NCBI GenBank assembly: GCA_964187785.1
Contig: OZ076409.1
Coordinates: 60,514,001 to 60,578,000 of the forward strand
DNA length: 64,000 nt
Reading direction: 5' to 3'
Origin: Amphiscolops sp. MND2022
Taxonomy: Eukaryota
The translations under genes and the position numbers were made by a program. The notes under the pieces were generated by a model, which saw only the letters and a list, made by a program, of their open reading frames with translations, was not told the origin of the DNA and ran no database searches. Every line of letters starts with the position of its first letter. The stretch's first letter is position 1. Positions 52,601 through 64,000 of the stretch are shown one piece after another.

Positions 52601-52765
52601 CACCATTCGTAGATTAAACGGGTTCCTAAAATTTTTCAAGGCTACAAAAATAGACGATCTCAAGGCATCAATAAATTTGATTTCTCCAAGACGGCGACTT
52701 AAAGTTGCCTATTCAGTTTTTAGATTCAACTATTTTTTGGCCCCAAGGGCGATTATCTCAGAAAA

Positions 52766-54053
52766 ATGACCTTCTGTGTGATTCTAGCTGGGACAGACAC
52801 GCCCAGCCGATTAGCATTGATGGACAGACCTGAATTGAATGGACTGATCACTCCCAACGTACAGCGGATAGACCCCAGTTTGGGCAACCTCGTGGATAGT
52901 AACAACCCAAGACGCTTCAACCCCGTGCAGATTTTCGATTTCGAAGTTGCTTATCGAACGTTAGTGTACAATAACTCACTAAAATAAACTTTATTTTTTT
53001 TGCATTCAAAAATGATCTAAGTCCAATTGAAATTTCTCAAATTTCTCTTTTCTGTTTTGGCTGGCCGACTAAAGAGTTGGCGGAAAGTGCCGCGGGTTAA
53101 AAAGTGAGCTTGGTTTGCAAAATTTTCATCGATGAATGAAACTTCCTAGGTGAAACATTGTGTTCTAATGCAAGATGCGCCGTATCTTGTAAACATCTTG
53201 GTATAACAGAAATTCAAACTGAATTGTTTTAGCCCGGACTTTCTGCCCCAGGAAGATAGAAGGAAGGGAATAATCTTTTTGGCGGATGCTACCAAACACG
53301 AGCCACTTCCGGAGCGACTACAATTCGAGCTTGTCAGAGGGTTTATTTCTGATTTCTCGCCAATTCTTGTTTTGCTGCAGACGGATCCCAACTATTCACG
53401 TAACAGAACTATGGCACAAGTCTGTCAAACTTTGAACTTGTACTCCATGGAGGGAGCCAATGACCCCTTGTGGCACATTCAGGTCACTGGTTTGACCGAA
53501 ATATGATCATAATTTTTCAAATCATTGACGTCAAAACTTGAATCTTTCCGTCGCGTTGTGGAAACTTTACAACGTTTCGGAAGAATTAAGATATTCCACT
53601 CAAATTTATCGTGACTTTCTCACTTCTCACAATTTCGCGCTTCCACTCAAGGTTCTCACAAACATTGGTTTCCACTAAATTCATTTTCTTCATTCAGAGC
53701 TCACTAGCTGTGGAATCTTTAAAAACCTAATTCTAACTGTTAGAAGAAAACGAATGAGATCTTAGAACATCGAAAAACCTTTCGTATTGCAACTGCTCTT
53801 GAACTTTTGCATTGACCATTTTTCTGAGTGTTTATTTAATGTGAAACTTAATCTCATCGAAAACTTGATGGTCAAAAATGTGATGCAGTCCTTCTGTGGG
53901 CGTAACGAGGCACCGGCGCTGACTGAGGCGATTATATCGTTCAGCACCATGTTGAGTTACGTTCTCCCTCCACTCGTGGGCGAAGTACCCGTCATCAACG
54001 ACGTCGTCAATGGCGGTGGCACCGGAGTACCAGTTGTTGAAGAAGGGGGCTGA
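52766..54053 (+). CDS. Divergent ARF-family small-GTPase-like gene B, paralogue of 9144-20127; exon structure only partly resolved
   Basis: Exon 1 52766-52959 (CVILAGTDTPSRLAL...QIFDF); exon from 53233 (RKGIIFLADA...SPILVLL...LWHIQ); last exon ~53765-54053. Phase-2 intron boundaries match gene A. Confidence 0.55.
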
Positions 54054-55689
54054 CCTTTGACCCCCAGCCAGTCAGGGTTTCCTCAACTGGGAAGGATGTT
54101 CAAAAGGTCCAATTGCTTTTTTTTCAAACTGAAAGTATCAAAAATCAGATGAATTAAAAATCTAAAGTCGCATAGTTTCGAAAAAACCGTAAAATTGTAA
54201 ATATCAAACGAACTTTATGGAAGCTTTTTAGTGCTACGTTGAACAGGAAAAATTTTGAGCAATTATGATGATTTAGGATTGCAAAAAAGTCAAAAGCCAC
54301 TCAAAAGTTCAACGTCGACTAAAATTAGCCAATTTTGTCAGCAAAAGTGAAGTTTTTGAGGAAACCCAATTTTTATGAACCTTGGACAGAACCGGCCGAA
54401 GCTATCATTTCAAGCAGCAAATGCCACAAAGATTCTGACGGAAATGCAAAAGCTGGATTGTTGACGGCTTTGAAACATTTCAACATGGCTGAATTCGTTT
54501 TAGAACATTCACAATTGGTACTATGGCTTTCAAAGCGTATGTTTTGTAGTTTGTTCAACAATTAATAGTATTTCATTTTAGTTTCATGTGTATATGAAGA
54601 GGTGCTTTTAAATTTTTATTGCATTGTAAAATTTGTCTTTCACATCGCAACCAATTTGGGGAAAGAATGCTTAGGTGTTTTGTAACTACAAGAGATATCG
54701 AGTTGCTTTGATTTTTGTCTTGTTTGCTGCTAGTATTTGAATAGAGAATCTGCCTTAATTATCTTCAATCGAGAAAATACAACAGGTGAGAGAGTGAATA
54801 CCGTTTCAAAATTTCAATTTCGTCAATGAGCTCTACCAATTTAAACTTGACAGCTTTAGAAAAAAACCCACAACTGGAGATCTTGGTTCGTTAAATGCAA
54901 ACTTTTTCAAGCTACAGCGTTAGTTGAATTGAAATCAAAATTTTTTTGGCGATAAATTTAAAAACTCTTGTCTCCAGTACATGTCAAACGCTAAAAAGCG
55001 AATAGTCAATAGTTATAAAGTCAATAGCAAACTGAAGTTTAGACGTCATCTAAAGCCGTCTTTCACGCCTATTTTACACCAAGTTTAAATACACCTTGGT
55101 ACCGAAAAGCTAACGACACTTGATCTCAAGTCACCATAAATTTGTTCATATTCAATAGACACAAGTCATTGCAGCAAATTTTTAATTTTCAATCAAAAGT
55201 ACAGTATTTTTTGTTTTGAACTCAAATTAGTGGCTAAGAAAGGTCTTCGCTAATTTTTAACACTTGGTATTTTTAATCGACGCTGTTGACTCTTAGAGTT
55301 GCTAGTTTTTTTCGTCAGACCACAGAGCTCACCGTGTGTACCTCTTTGTGAAGAACTAAATCGGTTTAGCGGTTCAGCATTTTTTCGTGCTTTCAAAGGT
55401 AGATGGAGGTTCAAAAATAGAGCGCAATATCCGAATTCTGGGTTATATTCGAATAAAATTGCGTTATATCCCAACACGCTATATCCGAAATTATGACGTT
55501 ACATCCGAAGCAAACTGCGTTCAACAAAAAAGGAGTCGGAGTTGTGCTATATCCGATTTTTTTAGACAAACTGACTCATTTTTAACGCATTTTAACAAGG
55601 TAGCTTAGTACCATCAAACTGCCACTTGGCCTAAGGGTCAACTCAGATTTTCAGGCCTAGCAACAGGGTCTGAGAAGCAGAATTACTTG

Positions 55690-56365
55690 GATTTAAGTCT
55701 CGCACTAAACCAAATGATTGTTTACAAAAGTAGAGGGGAGGCCAAATGGGCTCCCTCTGGGAACATTTGGGCACTATGTCACTTTTTAAGCAGTGTTTCC
55801 AACCGAAGTGCCTCCTGATTTTCAGCAGGAATGAGGCATTTTGCCTGCACAATAGGTTTTTCGGCACAATGTGATTTACCGAAGATCTTGAAATTTTCAG
55901 GGAAAAAATTGATTTGTTTTTCACTTTCTGGTTTACTGAGGTTTTCTGTAAAAAAACTTTCCGAGTCCTGAAGGACACATTGAATATTTGATTGGTTCCA
56001 TGGGACTGATGAGACTTTTCTCAAATATTGTTGAAAATGCCTACCTTTTTTTTCACCAGTCCGACTTTTTTTCGATAATTTTTTTCTCAGTGTGACTTCT
56101 TGACTTGACATTCATGAGTGTTTTTGGCTTGAAAAAAGCATTTTTAGCACTACGAGACTTTTTCTGAAGAAAAAAAATACAAAAAAAACCCAAAAAAAAA
56201 GAATTGCCAGTTGAGGAAAAATGGTTTTCGAGTCTTGTGTATCCTTTCAGGTAATTTTTGCACCGTAAAATTGATCCCACTTTAACAATATTGCCCTTTG
56301 CAAATTTGAGGCACTTGGTTTTTTGGATACTTGATCGTGGCGCCGATTTGCGCCGTTCATGCAAT
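55690..56365 (+). mobile_element. Degenerate non-autonomous repeat related to the 44424-44886 family
   Basis: Shares GGCAC(T/A)ATG internal motifs and a terminal GGCGCCGA(T/C)TT motif. Confidence 0.45.
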
Positions 56366-56723
56366 GTCATGCTATATCTTGAGAACCGCTGCGCTGAAAG
56401 TGTTGAGACGAACTTTGCACCTTTGTTTCTGATCTCTAACTTTGGAAGCTAACACTTTATCTGAAAACGGCCTCCTTAAAATTTACACTGCAACATGATC
56501 ACAAAATACGAAATCCTCTATCCTCTGTTTTTGCTCCGTAAAAGTATTGTTTCAACGAAATTTTGACTGTTTTTGACGATTCTTTTTCCAAAAAAAAACA
56601 TTTCAAGAAAAAGTGTAAACGATGAAAGTTGAAATTGTCACAGCTGCCAAAACGATCGAAGGTTTTTATTCTATTCAGCAGTTTCTGATTCATTGCTCAA
56701 TAAAGTTCAAAAAGTTCCAAACT

Positions 56724-57607
56724 TCTTCGAAATACAATGTGAAAATATTGTAACAAAATAACATAATACAATATAACAGTTTAAAATTTGGTTCGATTTC
56801 AAAACAAAAAATACCGTAGTTTTTTAAATGTAAAGGCATATCACTTTTGCTTCTCAGACTTTTTTGTAAAATGAACATATCTTATATTTTCGCGAAATCT
56901 TTTTTTTCGGTAGCCAATGTTGTATTCTCGATCTAGTACGGTAAAAAGACTCTTTATCTAAGACGATAAATTCGTTTCTTCAGTAACTAATCTATGATAA
57001 TCTATCTCAAGTACAATGGTCAATGATCTATCGTACAACACAGAATGCAGTAAACTCAAATTGACAGTAATTAGAGTTCTATGTTTAACAACAATAGTAT
57101 GCTCTCTGTCTAGGTTCATAGTTTTGAAGGTCATGAAATCTACATGATATCACATTCCCCCCTCTTCGAAATACAATGTGAAAATATTGTAACAAAATAA
57201 CATAATACAATATAACAGTTTAAAATTTGATTCGATTTCAAAACAAAATATACCGTAGTTTTTTTAATGTAAAGGCATATCACTTTTGCTTCTCAGACTT
57301 TTTTGTAAAATGAACATATCTTATAATTTCGCGAAATCTTTTTTTCGGTAGCCAATGTTGTATTATCGATCTAGTACGGTAAAAAGGCTCTTTATCTAAG
57401 ACGATAAATTCGTATCTCTTCAGTAACTAATCTATGATATCTATCTCAAGTACAATGGTCAATGATTTATCGTACAACACAAAATGCAGTAAACTCAAAT
57501 TGACAGTAATTAGAGTTCTATGTTTAACAACAATAGTATGCTCTCTGTCTAGGTTCATAGTTTTGAAGGTCATAATATCTGCATGATATCACATTCCCCC
57601 CTCTTCG
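56724..57607 (+). repeat. 439-bp tandem duplication of flank + Gypsy 3 3' LTR + PPT; extra LTR copy at 56918-57154
   Basis: Units start at 56724 and 57163; TCTTCG microhomology at 56724, 57163 and 57602. Confidence 0.9.
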
Positions 57608-60600
57608 GAGTTGTCCAATCGGGGTTTGTTGCAGTGGCCGTATGGTACGGATTTCTTCGTTGTTTTTCCGCATTGGACGGTCATTCTCCATCTCATTTCT
57701 CTCCGCTGTTTCCGCTGTTGTTTCCTGTAATAAATTACCGTGGTTAGTTAATTTTTTCTTATTGTTACTAATGTGGTACGGTATTCCGCCTAGTTTTTCG
57801 GTTTGTTTTGCAAAAGGTAGTCTATTGGATCTTCTGACCGGTTCTATCGGTTTTTCTGTTCTATTTTTTCCTTTATAGCTACCTTGTTCCGGTGTCAGGT
57901 TGGTCTCCTTGGGGTGGAGCTGGAGTTCATCCTCGATGTTGACTTGTATCGGTTTTCCTTCCGCTTTGTTGTAGCATTCGAAGTCGTCGTGGTCGGATAT
58001 AATGCTCAAGTTTAAGTTTGCCGTGTGTTTTTGTTTGGTGAAGTGAATTGTCCCTTGTTGTTTCTGGCTATTTCTTTTCTTTTCGACCAGTCCTCGCTTC
58101 TTTCATAGTTTGCCATGTTCTTCGGTGTCTCTTTTCTGCTATAGATGCAGGGTGCTCCGCTGGTGGTTGCTTTGTCCAATGTTTTGGAGCAGGTACGCTG
58201 GTCTACAGTGTTTTGGCGGGTGTTGATCTTCTTTGCCGGTGTTGTTGTTGTTTGCTGAAAAGGTAACGGGTTGGATATTAATTTCCTGTGGATTACTTTG
58301 TTCTTATCCGTTGTCACGGTGTGTCTTGTTCCAGATACAGCGGTTTGTATTTCATTTTTGAATTTACTTTCCATAGATCCTTTTTTGTAGTTTTTTTCGT
58401 AAAATTTGAAAGGATGTTCAAATTTACTTACCGCACTGGTCGGTTTTCTTGTTTGGGAGAATGTCATCCCTCGTTTGTATCTTGGTTCGGCTATCTTTTT
58501 CTTTGACATTACCAGATGATCCGTGATTTGTCCGGTTGAGTTTCTGGTGATGTACACCGAAAGATCTTTGGAGTCCACTAAAATAGAATTTTTTAGGTTA
58601 GACAGTTTGGTTCTTGGTGTCCGTCCGAAGTCCAATTCAAACGGAGTTTTCTTTGTTTCTGAGTGTATTGTAAATCTTAGGACATATAATGCTCTATTTA
58701 CGCTTTCACGAAGATTTTGGTTGTCTTCTAATATTGCCAGTGTCAAGTTTTCCAACGATTGGATTGTGCGTTCGACCAATCCGGTGCCAGTGTGTAGGTT
58801 TGCCGTACCGTATATGCGGTTGATATTATGCGTCTTGCAGTATTTTATGTATTCTTTGGAGATAAAGGCGCCGCCTTTGTCCGATTTTATTTGTTTCGGT
58901 ACTCCGTATACGTTTATATATTCATCCAGAAATGAAATTACGGTTTCATGGTTCGTGTTTTTACATATTTTTGCTACGGGCCATCGGCTATTTTTATCCA
59001 CCGCAATTAGTATGAACGATTTGTTTTGCAGTTTTTTATTGTTGAGATGTCCCTTAAAATCGATTTGTATTTATTCACCGGGTGTTTTTGGCGGTTCAAT
59101 TATTGATTTTTCGGTTTGGGGTATTTGGAATTTTAGGTTCTTACCGGCGTTGAGGCAGGCTGAGCAGGTTTTCGATTTCTTCTCGATGTCTTCCCGCATA
59201 TTCGTATTCGCATATTCGTATTTTATCCACCGCATATAGTATGAACGGATTGTTTTGCAGTTTTTTATTGTTGAGATTTCCCGTAAAATCGATTTGTATT
59301 TCTCCACCGGGTGTTTTTGGCGGTTCAATTTTTGATTTTTTGGTTTGGGGTATTTGGAATTTTAGGTTCTTACCGGCGTTGAGGCAGGCTGAGCAGGTTT
59401 TCGATTTCTTCTCGATGTTTTCCCGCATATTAGGCCACCCAAATTATGCCGCGTCGTTGTACATTTTGTTCATCCCGGGGTGTCCAAAATGTAGTGCGTT
59501 AAGTGCTGCATAGCGTAGTGATTTTGGGATTACGATGCGGTCATCAACCAGTATAATGCTCCAACGGTGTGTCAGTTTCCTGGCTACGGTTCTGTAGTTC
59601 TGCGGGATTTGGTTCAGTTTGTTGTCCTCGATGCAGCAGTTTAGTTCGATAAGATCGGGGTAGACGGCCGTCTCCTTGATTATGGTTTCCAAGTCTAGCA
59701 TGAAGTCCAGTTCTGCCGATCTGACATTATCCTCTTGTTGTCTGTTACGCTTCGGTTTTTTTTCGACTACGCGGTTAATTCTCACGTAGTGTACGGCGAT
59801 TTCTTCGATTGGCCCGTCTCTGTATTCTTGGACTGGTATTGCCGGGTAAGTTCCGGGTTCGTGGCTACTGTTTCCGCCGAGTTGTTTGAGACGGTGGATT
59901 CTGCGTCTCGGTTGATTTCGTTTCCTGGGGCCGGTTCGTTTCTCTCGGTTTGTTGTTGTTCGGTATTTTGTTCCTGGGGGATATCGTCCCCAAAGTTTTG
60001 AAAATATCCTCCGCCGATATGTTGTTCTCTAATCTTTTGTCTCAGTTGAATGTCGATTCGTTTTATTTCTCTTCTTTCGTCTTCTTCGGTCTTCTCGGTA
60101 TGTATATTTCTCGGCCCAAATTCTTGTTGAAATGTGGTCTCATTACACCCGGTCTCGCCAATTGTACTCTTCTTCTCACAAGTTCCGTAGTTTCGGGTGA
60201 TTTGTCTCTTGCATTGATAATGGCCATAATATCGTCATCTGCACCCCAATGGTGTCGTAATTGTTCGTCTGTACGGAAGAAACGTTTGTTTTTTTTCATT
60301 GTTATTCATTTTTAAACAATCAGTATTGGATGAATGCTGTTGTATGCAGTAATTAGAATCAAAATGGCTTTTGTTTGTTTGGTAGCGTCACGTTTCAATT
60401 AGCGAGCGCGTTTCACGCATGTTTGCTTCGGTTGCCGTGGTCGCGTCTTCTGATTGGTCAAAAATCCGTCCTATTCGGGCGTTTACCGTTGCTAGTTGTG
60501 CGATGGCGTTAATAACAAATTCTTCTTCGTAATTTTCTTCCGGTTCTAGATTTTCGGTAGGATTTCGGTTGATAAAGTCCGTGATTTTAATTTCTTCACC

Positions 60601-63539
60601 GGCGGTGTGTTTTAAACAGATGTCGAAGTGGTTCAGACTGTCTAGCCATTGTGTTAGTCGCGCACTGTATTGTTTATTTGTCTTGTTTCTCTTCAGGAGG
60701 GGTTCTAGTGCTTGATGGTCCGAGAATAATTGGACTTGTTTGCCATATAAATGGAATCTGAATCTTTCCAAGCCCCATACGACGGCTAGTAGTTCTAGTT
60801 CTCCAATAGAATATTTTTTTCGGCATCATTTAGGTAGAGGCTGGCAATTGCTATCGGTTTTAGCTCTCGGTTGCCTTGTTTTTGCCAGAGTGCTATTCCT
60901 AGGCATGTTTTGCATGCGTCGGTTGTGAAGATATTTTCTTTGTTGCCGTTGTAGTGTGCCAAACAAGGTAGTGATGTTAGTTCTTGTTTTATCTTGTTGA
61001 AATCCGAATTTCGATCGGTTGTCTATTCCCATTTCGTCCCTTTTTTGAGTAGTTGTCTCATGTTGTCTGTTTTCTCGGATAGGTTCGGTATGAATTTCGC
61101 AAAATACTGTATAGCTCCGAGGAAAGATTTTAGTGTTTTGGCGTTTGTTGGTGGTTCTAGTTTGTTTATCGCGTCGGTCTTTTCTTTGTTTGGTCTTATT
61201 CCGTCTTGTGATATCGTATGTCCGAGCCATATTGTTTCTTTTTGGTAGAATTTTGACTTTTTCTTGCTTGCTTTGTAGCCTTCATTTTCCAGTTTTGTCA
61301 GTAACGAATATAATTTTCGGGTGTGTTCTTCTTTGGTTCCGCGTGCGACAATTATGATGTCGTCTAACCAAACTGGTGTTTGCTGGCTCAGGGTTCTATC
61401 TATTTTCTCTTGGAAAATCGTTGGTATGTCAGCGGGACCGTAGAATCCTTTTAAGAATTGGTTTATCCATTTATTTTCTCTCTTGTTAACGCAAAGTTGC
61501 AATGTTTGCTTGTCTCGGGAGCCAGTTTCGTTTGTCCGTATGCGTAGTCGAGATCTACTACGGATATCCAAATTGGGTCACGGTCATTCTTGGATAGTTC
61601 AGCTGATATTTGGTTTAGTAGCTCTTCCATATTTGGCATATGTGGCCTTTCTTTACGCAGCTGTCGTTGAGTTTTCGGACGTCTAGCGCAATTTTTACTG
61701 TCTTGTCTTTCTTTACCGTAACTACTACGGGTGATACAAAACAATCTTCTTCGATTGTTTCTAGTCGTTCGAGATGTCCGGATTTTATTAGTCGGTCCAG
61801 TTCGTTTTTTACGTCTTTTTGTAAGTGGTACGGTATCGGTCTGGCTTTCTGCTGGATGGGGTTACATCCTGGCTTTATTTGGATTTTCACTTCTGTATTT
61901 TTGATTGTGTGGTTTGTTTCGAATACTTTGTTTAATTTCGCGTAGATAGTTTCTGATTGATTCGTTGATTCGTCCAATTGGATTTTGTTAATGGTGATTG
62001 GTAATTGTTTCAGCCAGTTCACGCCTAATAGTGGAGTGATGTCGTTTCTTTTTGTAATTAAGATTGGTAACTTTGTTGTCTTCCCGTTATATTCGATATC
62101 GGCCCATATTTTCCGGAGGAGTTTGATTTCATTTTTGTTTACGTCTTGATATCTTTCTTTCAGGGGTTTTATATCTCTTTGGTTGTAGAGTTCTGGGTTG
62201 TTTGCATTATTGTAACTGGAGAACCGGTATCAATGGTGAAATTTTGATATTTGCCGTTAATTTTTAGTTTGATCCCGTAGTTGTCGTTTTCATCCGGTAG
62301 TACTTTATTGATTTGCGTGATTTGTTGTATTTCTTCTGGTTCGCTTTCTTTTTCTTCGGTGTATGTTTCTTCCAGGTAGTTAATTTTTTGTTTTCTTGTG
62401 TTCTTATTGGTTTTGCTACGGCAAACTCTTGCAAAGTGTCCCATTTTGTGGCAATTGTTGCATTCTGCCGTTTTCGCCGGGCATTTGTGCGATGGTGACC
62501 AGTTTTGCTGTCCGCAGAAACCGCAATTATTGTTTTTTGCTGTTATTTCGGTATTTTTCCGATGGTTTCGTGGTTGTATCTTCTGTATGGGTTCTTCTTT
62601 TATTTCTTTTTCTTTCGCCAGTGCTGGTGGTATTGTTGATTGCTTGTGTCTCTTTTCATAACTGTCTTAGGTTACCAGGTCCATGGTAGTTTTCAGATTC
62701 AGGGTTTTTTCGCGGATGAGCTTTTCCCGTAGTTTGTTATCGGTGATGCTGGTGATAAATTTTAATATTAGTAGGTCTTCTTGTTTGATATCTTTGAATT
62801 CGCAGTTTTTTCGAGGGATACTAATTTTCGCCAGTGTTCTTCCGGGGTTTCATTAACTTCTTGTTTTGCCCAGAAGAAATCTCCTCGGCTGTGGTAGGTG
62901 TTTCGCTTCGGCATGTAGTAGTCCTTGAATAGTTGGATGAGTCTTTTTGTATTGATGGTGTCAGGGTCTGTGTTAAATTCTATTTTGGTGATCGTCTCTA
63001 TTGCCGATGGTCCTGCTCCCCAGATGAAATCTTGTCTTATTTCCGGTTCTTTTGCTGTCCATTCGTTACTTGTTGGCATTGTTTCCCCGGATAGAGCCGG
63101 TTTTATATCGATATCATGGATTTGTTTTATGTAGTGCCGTAGTCGTTCGGTCCATTCTTTGGGGGTTTATAGTTTTTTCCCATCAAGTCCGGTATCCTCG
63201 AGGTATGGTAGCAATATATTACTCTTGGTTGTCGTCATTGGTATTTGGTCGGTTAAAATTGAATTATTTACGGATAAAAGTAAATCTTGCTACTGCGCCA
63301 TGTTGTATTCTCGATCTAGTACGGTAAAAAGGCTCTTTATCTATGACAATAAATTCGTATCTTCTTCAGTAACTAATATATGATATCTATCTCAAGTACA
63401 ATGGTCAATGATCTATCGTACAACACAAAATGCAGTAAACTCAAATTGACAGTAATTAGAGTTCAATGTTTAACAACAATAGTATGCTCTCTGTCTAGGT
63501 TCATAGTTTTGAAGGTCATGATATCTGCATGATATCACA
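57356..63539 (-). mobile_element. Ty3/Gypsy LTR retrotransposon 3, full length but frameshifted
   Basis: LTRs 57356-57593 and 63301-63539 (TG...CA); TSD GCCAA (57351-57355, 63540-63544); PBS TGGCGCAGTAG; PPT AGAGGGGGGAA; gag, protease (IDTGS), RT (WLDD), RNase H and integrase fragments. Confidence 0.96.
58992..59431. repeat. ~229-bp tandem duplication inside the Gypsy 3 integrase
   Basis: Peptide MRE(N/D)IEKKSKTCSACLNAGK appears twice; short filler CGTATTCGCATATTCGTA at the junction. Confidence 0.85.
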
Positions 63540-64000
63540 GCCAAATCGACTGTCTTTGGTTTTTTGGTACCCTAGTGAAAGTCGAATTCGCTCCAAACAC
63601 CGGCTTGTTAAATTTTTGGATTTTTTACGGTTGTAAAATTGTCTTTTTGACACAATATTATCATATCACACAAGATTCTCAAACTAATGCTTTAGCTTTT
63701 GACATTTCAGCCCATACTTCAGAATGAGAAAAAAATATTACAAAGCAAGCTAAGTTTTTCCAAAGAATACAAGTACTTTAAAAAAATTTCTTACCAGAAA
63801 TGTTCAGAAGTAGGGAACAATACAAACAAGAAATGCCGTAAAAACCTGTAAACATCAAATACTTTTCTTTGACCACTTTAGGCGATTGTTTCAGTTTTTA
63901 GATGTTTCCAAGAATTAGAACACCCTCAGAGTTCGGAGATAAAAAAGCTAGCTATCCCTTGCGCTTTTAAGCGGAAAAGTGCCTCAAAAAAAGTGGCACG

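Overview
Eukaryotic, probably invertebrate, repeat-rich DNA with spliceosomal introns; no rRNA, CRISPR or prokaryotic genes were seen. Three degenerate Ty3/Gypsy elements lie on the minus strand (1-6960, ~41950-47605, 57356-63539), with a probable solo LTR at ~48979-49908. A young BEL/Pao element (9804-19004, CTGGG TSD) carries an extra SGNH-esterase-like ORF and a tRNA-like sequence in its LTRs, and interrupts an exon of a divergent ARF-like gene whose paralogue is at 52766-54053. A LINE 3' remnant and several small non-autonomous elements are also present. The main result is 24242-41907: a head-to-tail array of three related, RT-less DNA elements, each bounded by (AGT)n microsatellite. Two encode a SET domain + C2H2 zinc finger + tyrosine recombinase fusion; the third is a deletion derivative. 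All six ends carry an inverted GGCGCT/A(G/A)CGCC motif in fixed register with the AGT tract. I interpret this as a microsatellite-targeting Crypton-like transposon family carrying a histone-methyltransferase-type domain. All alignments were made by eye; no searches were run.
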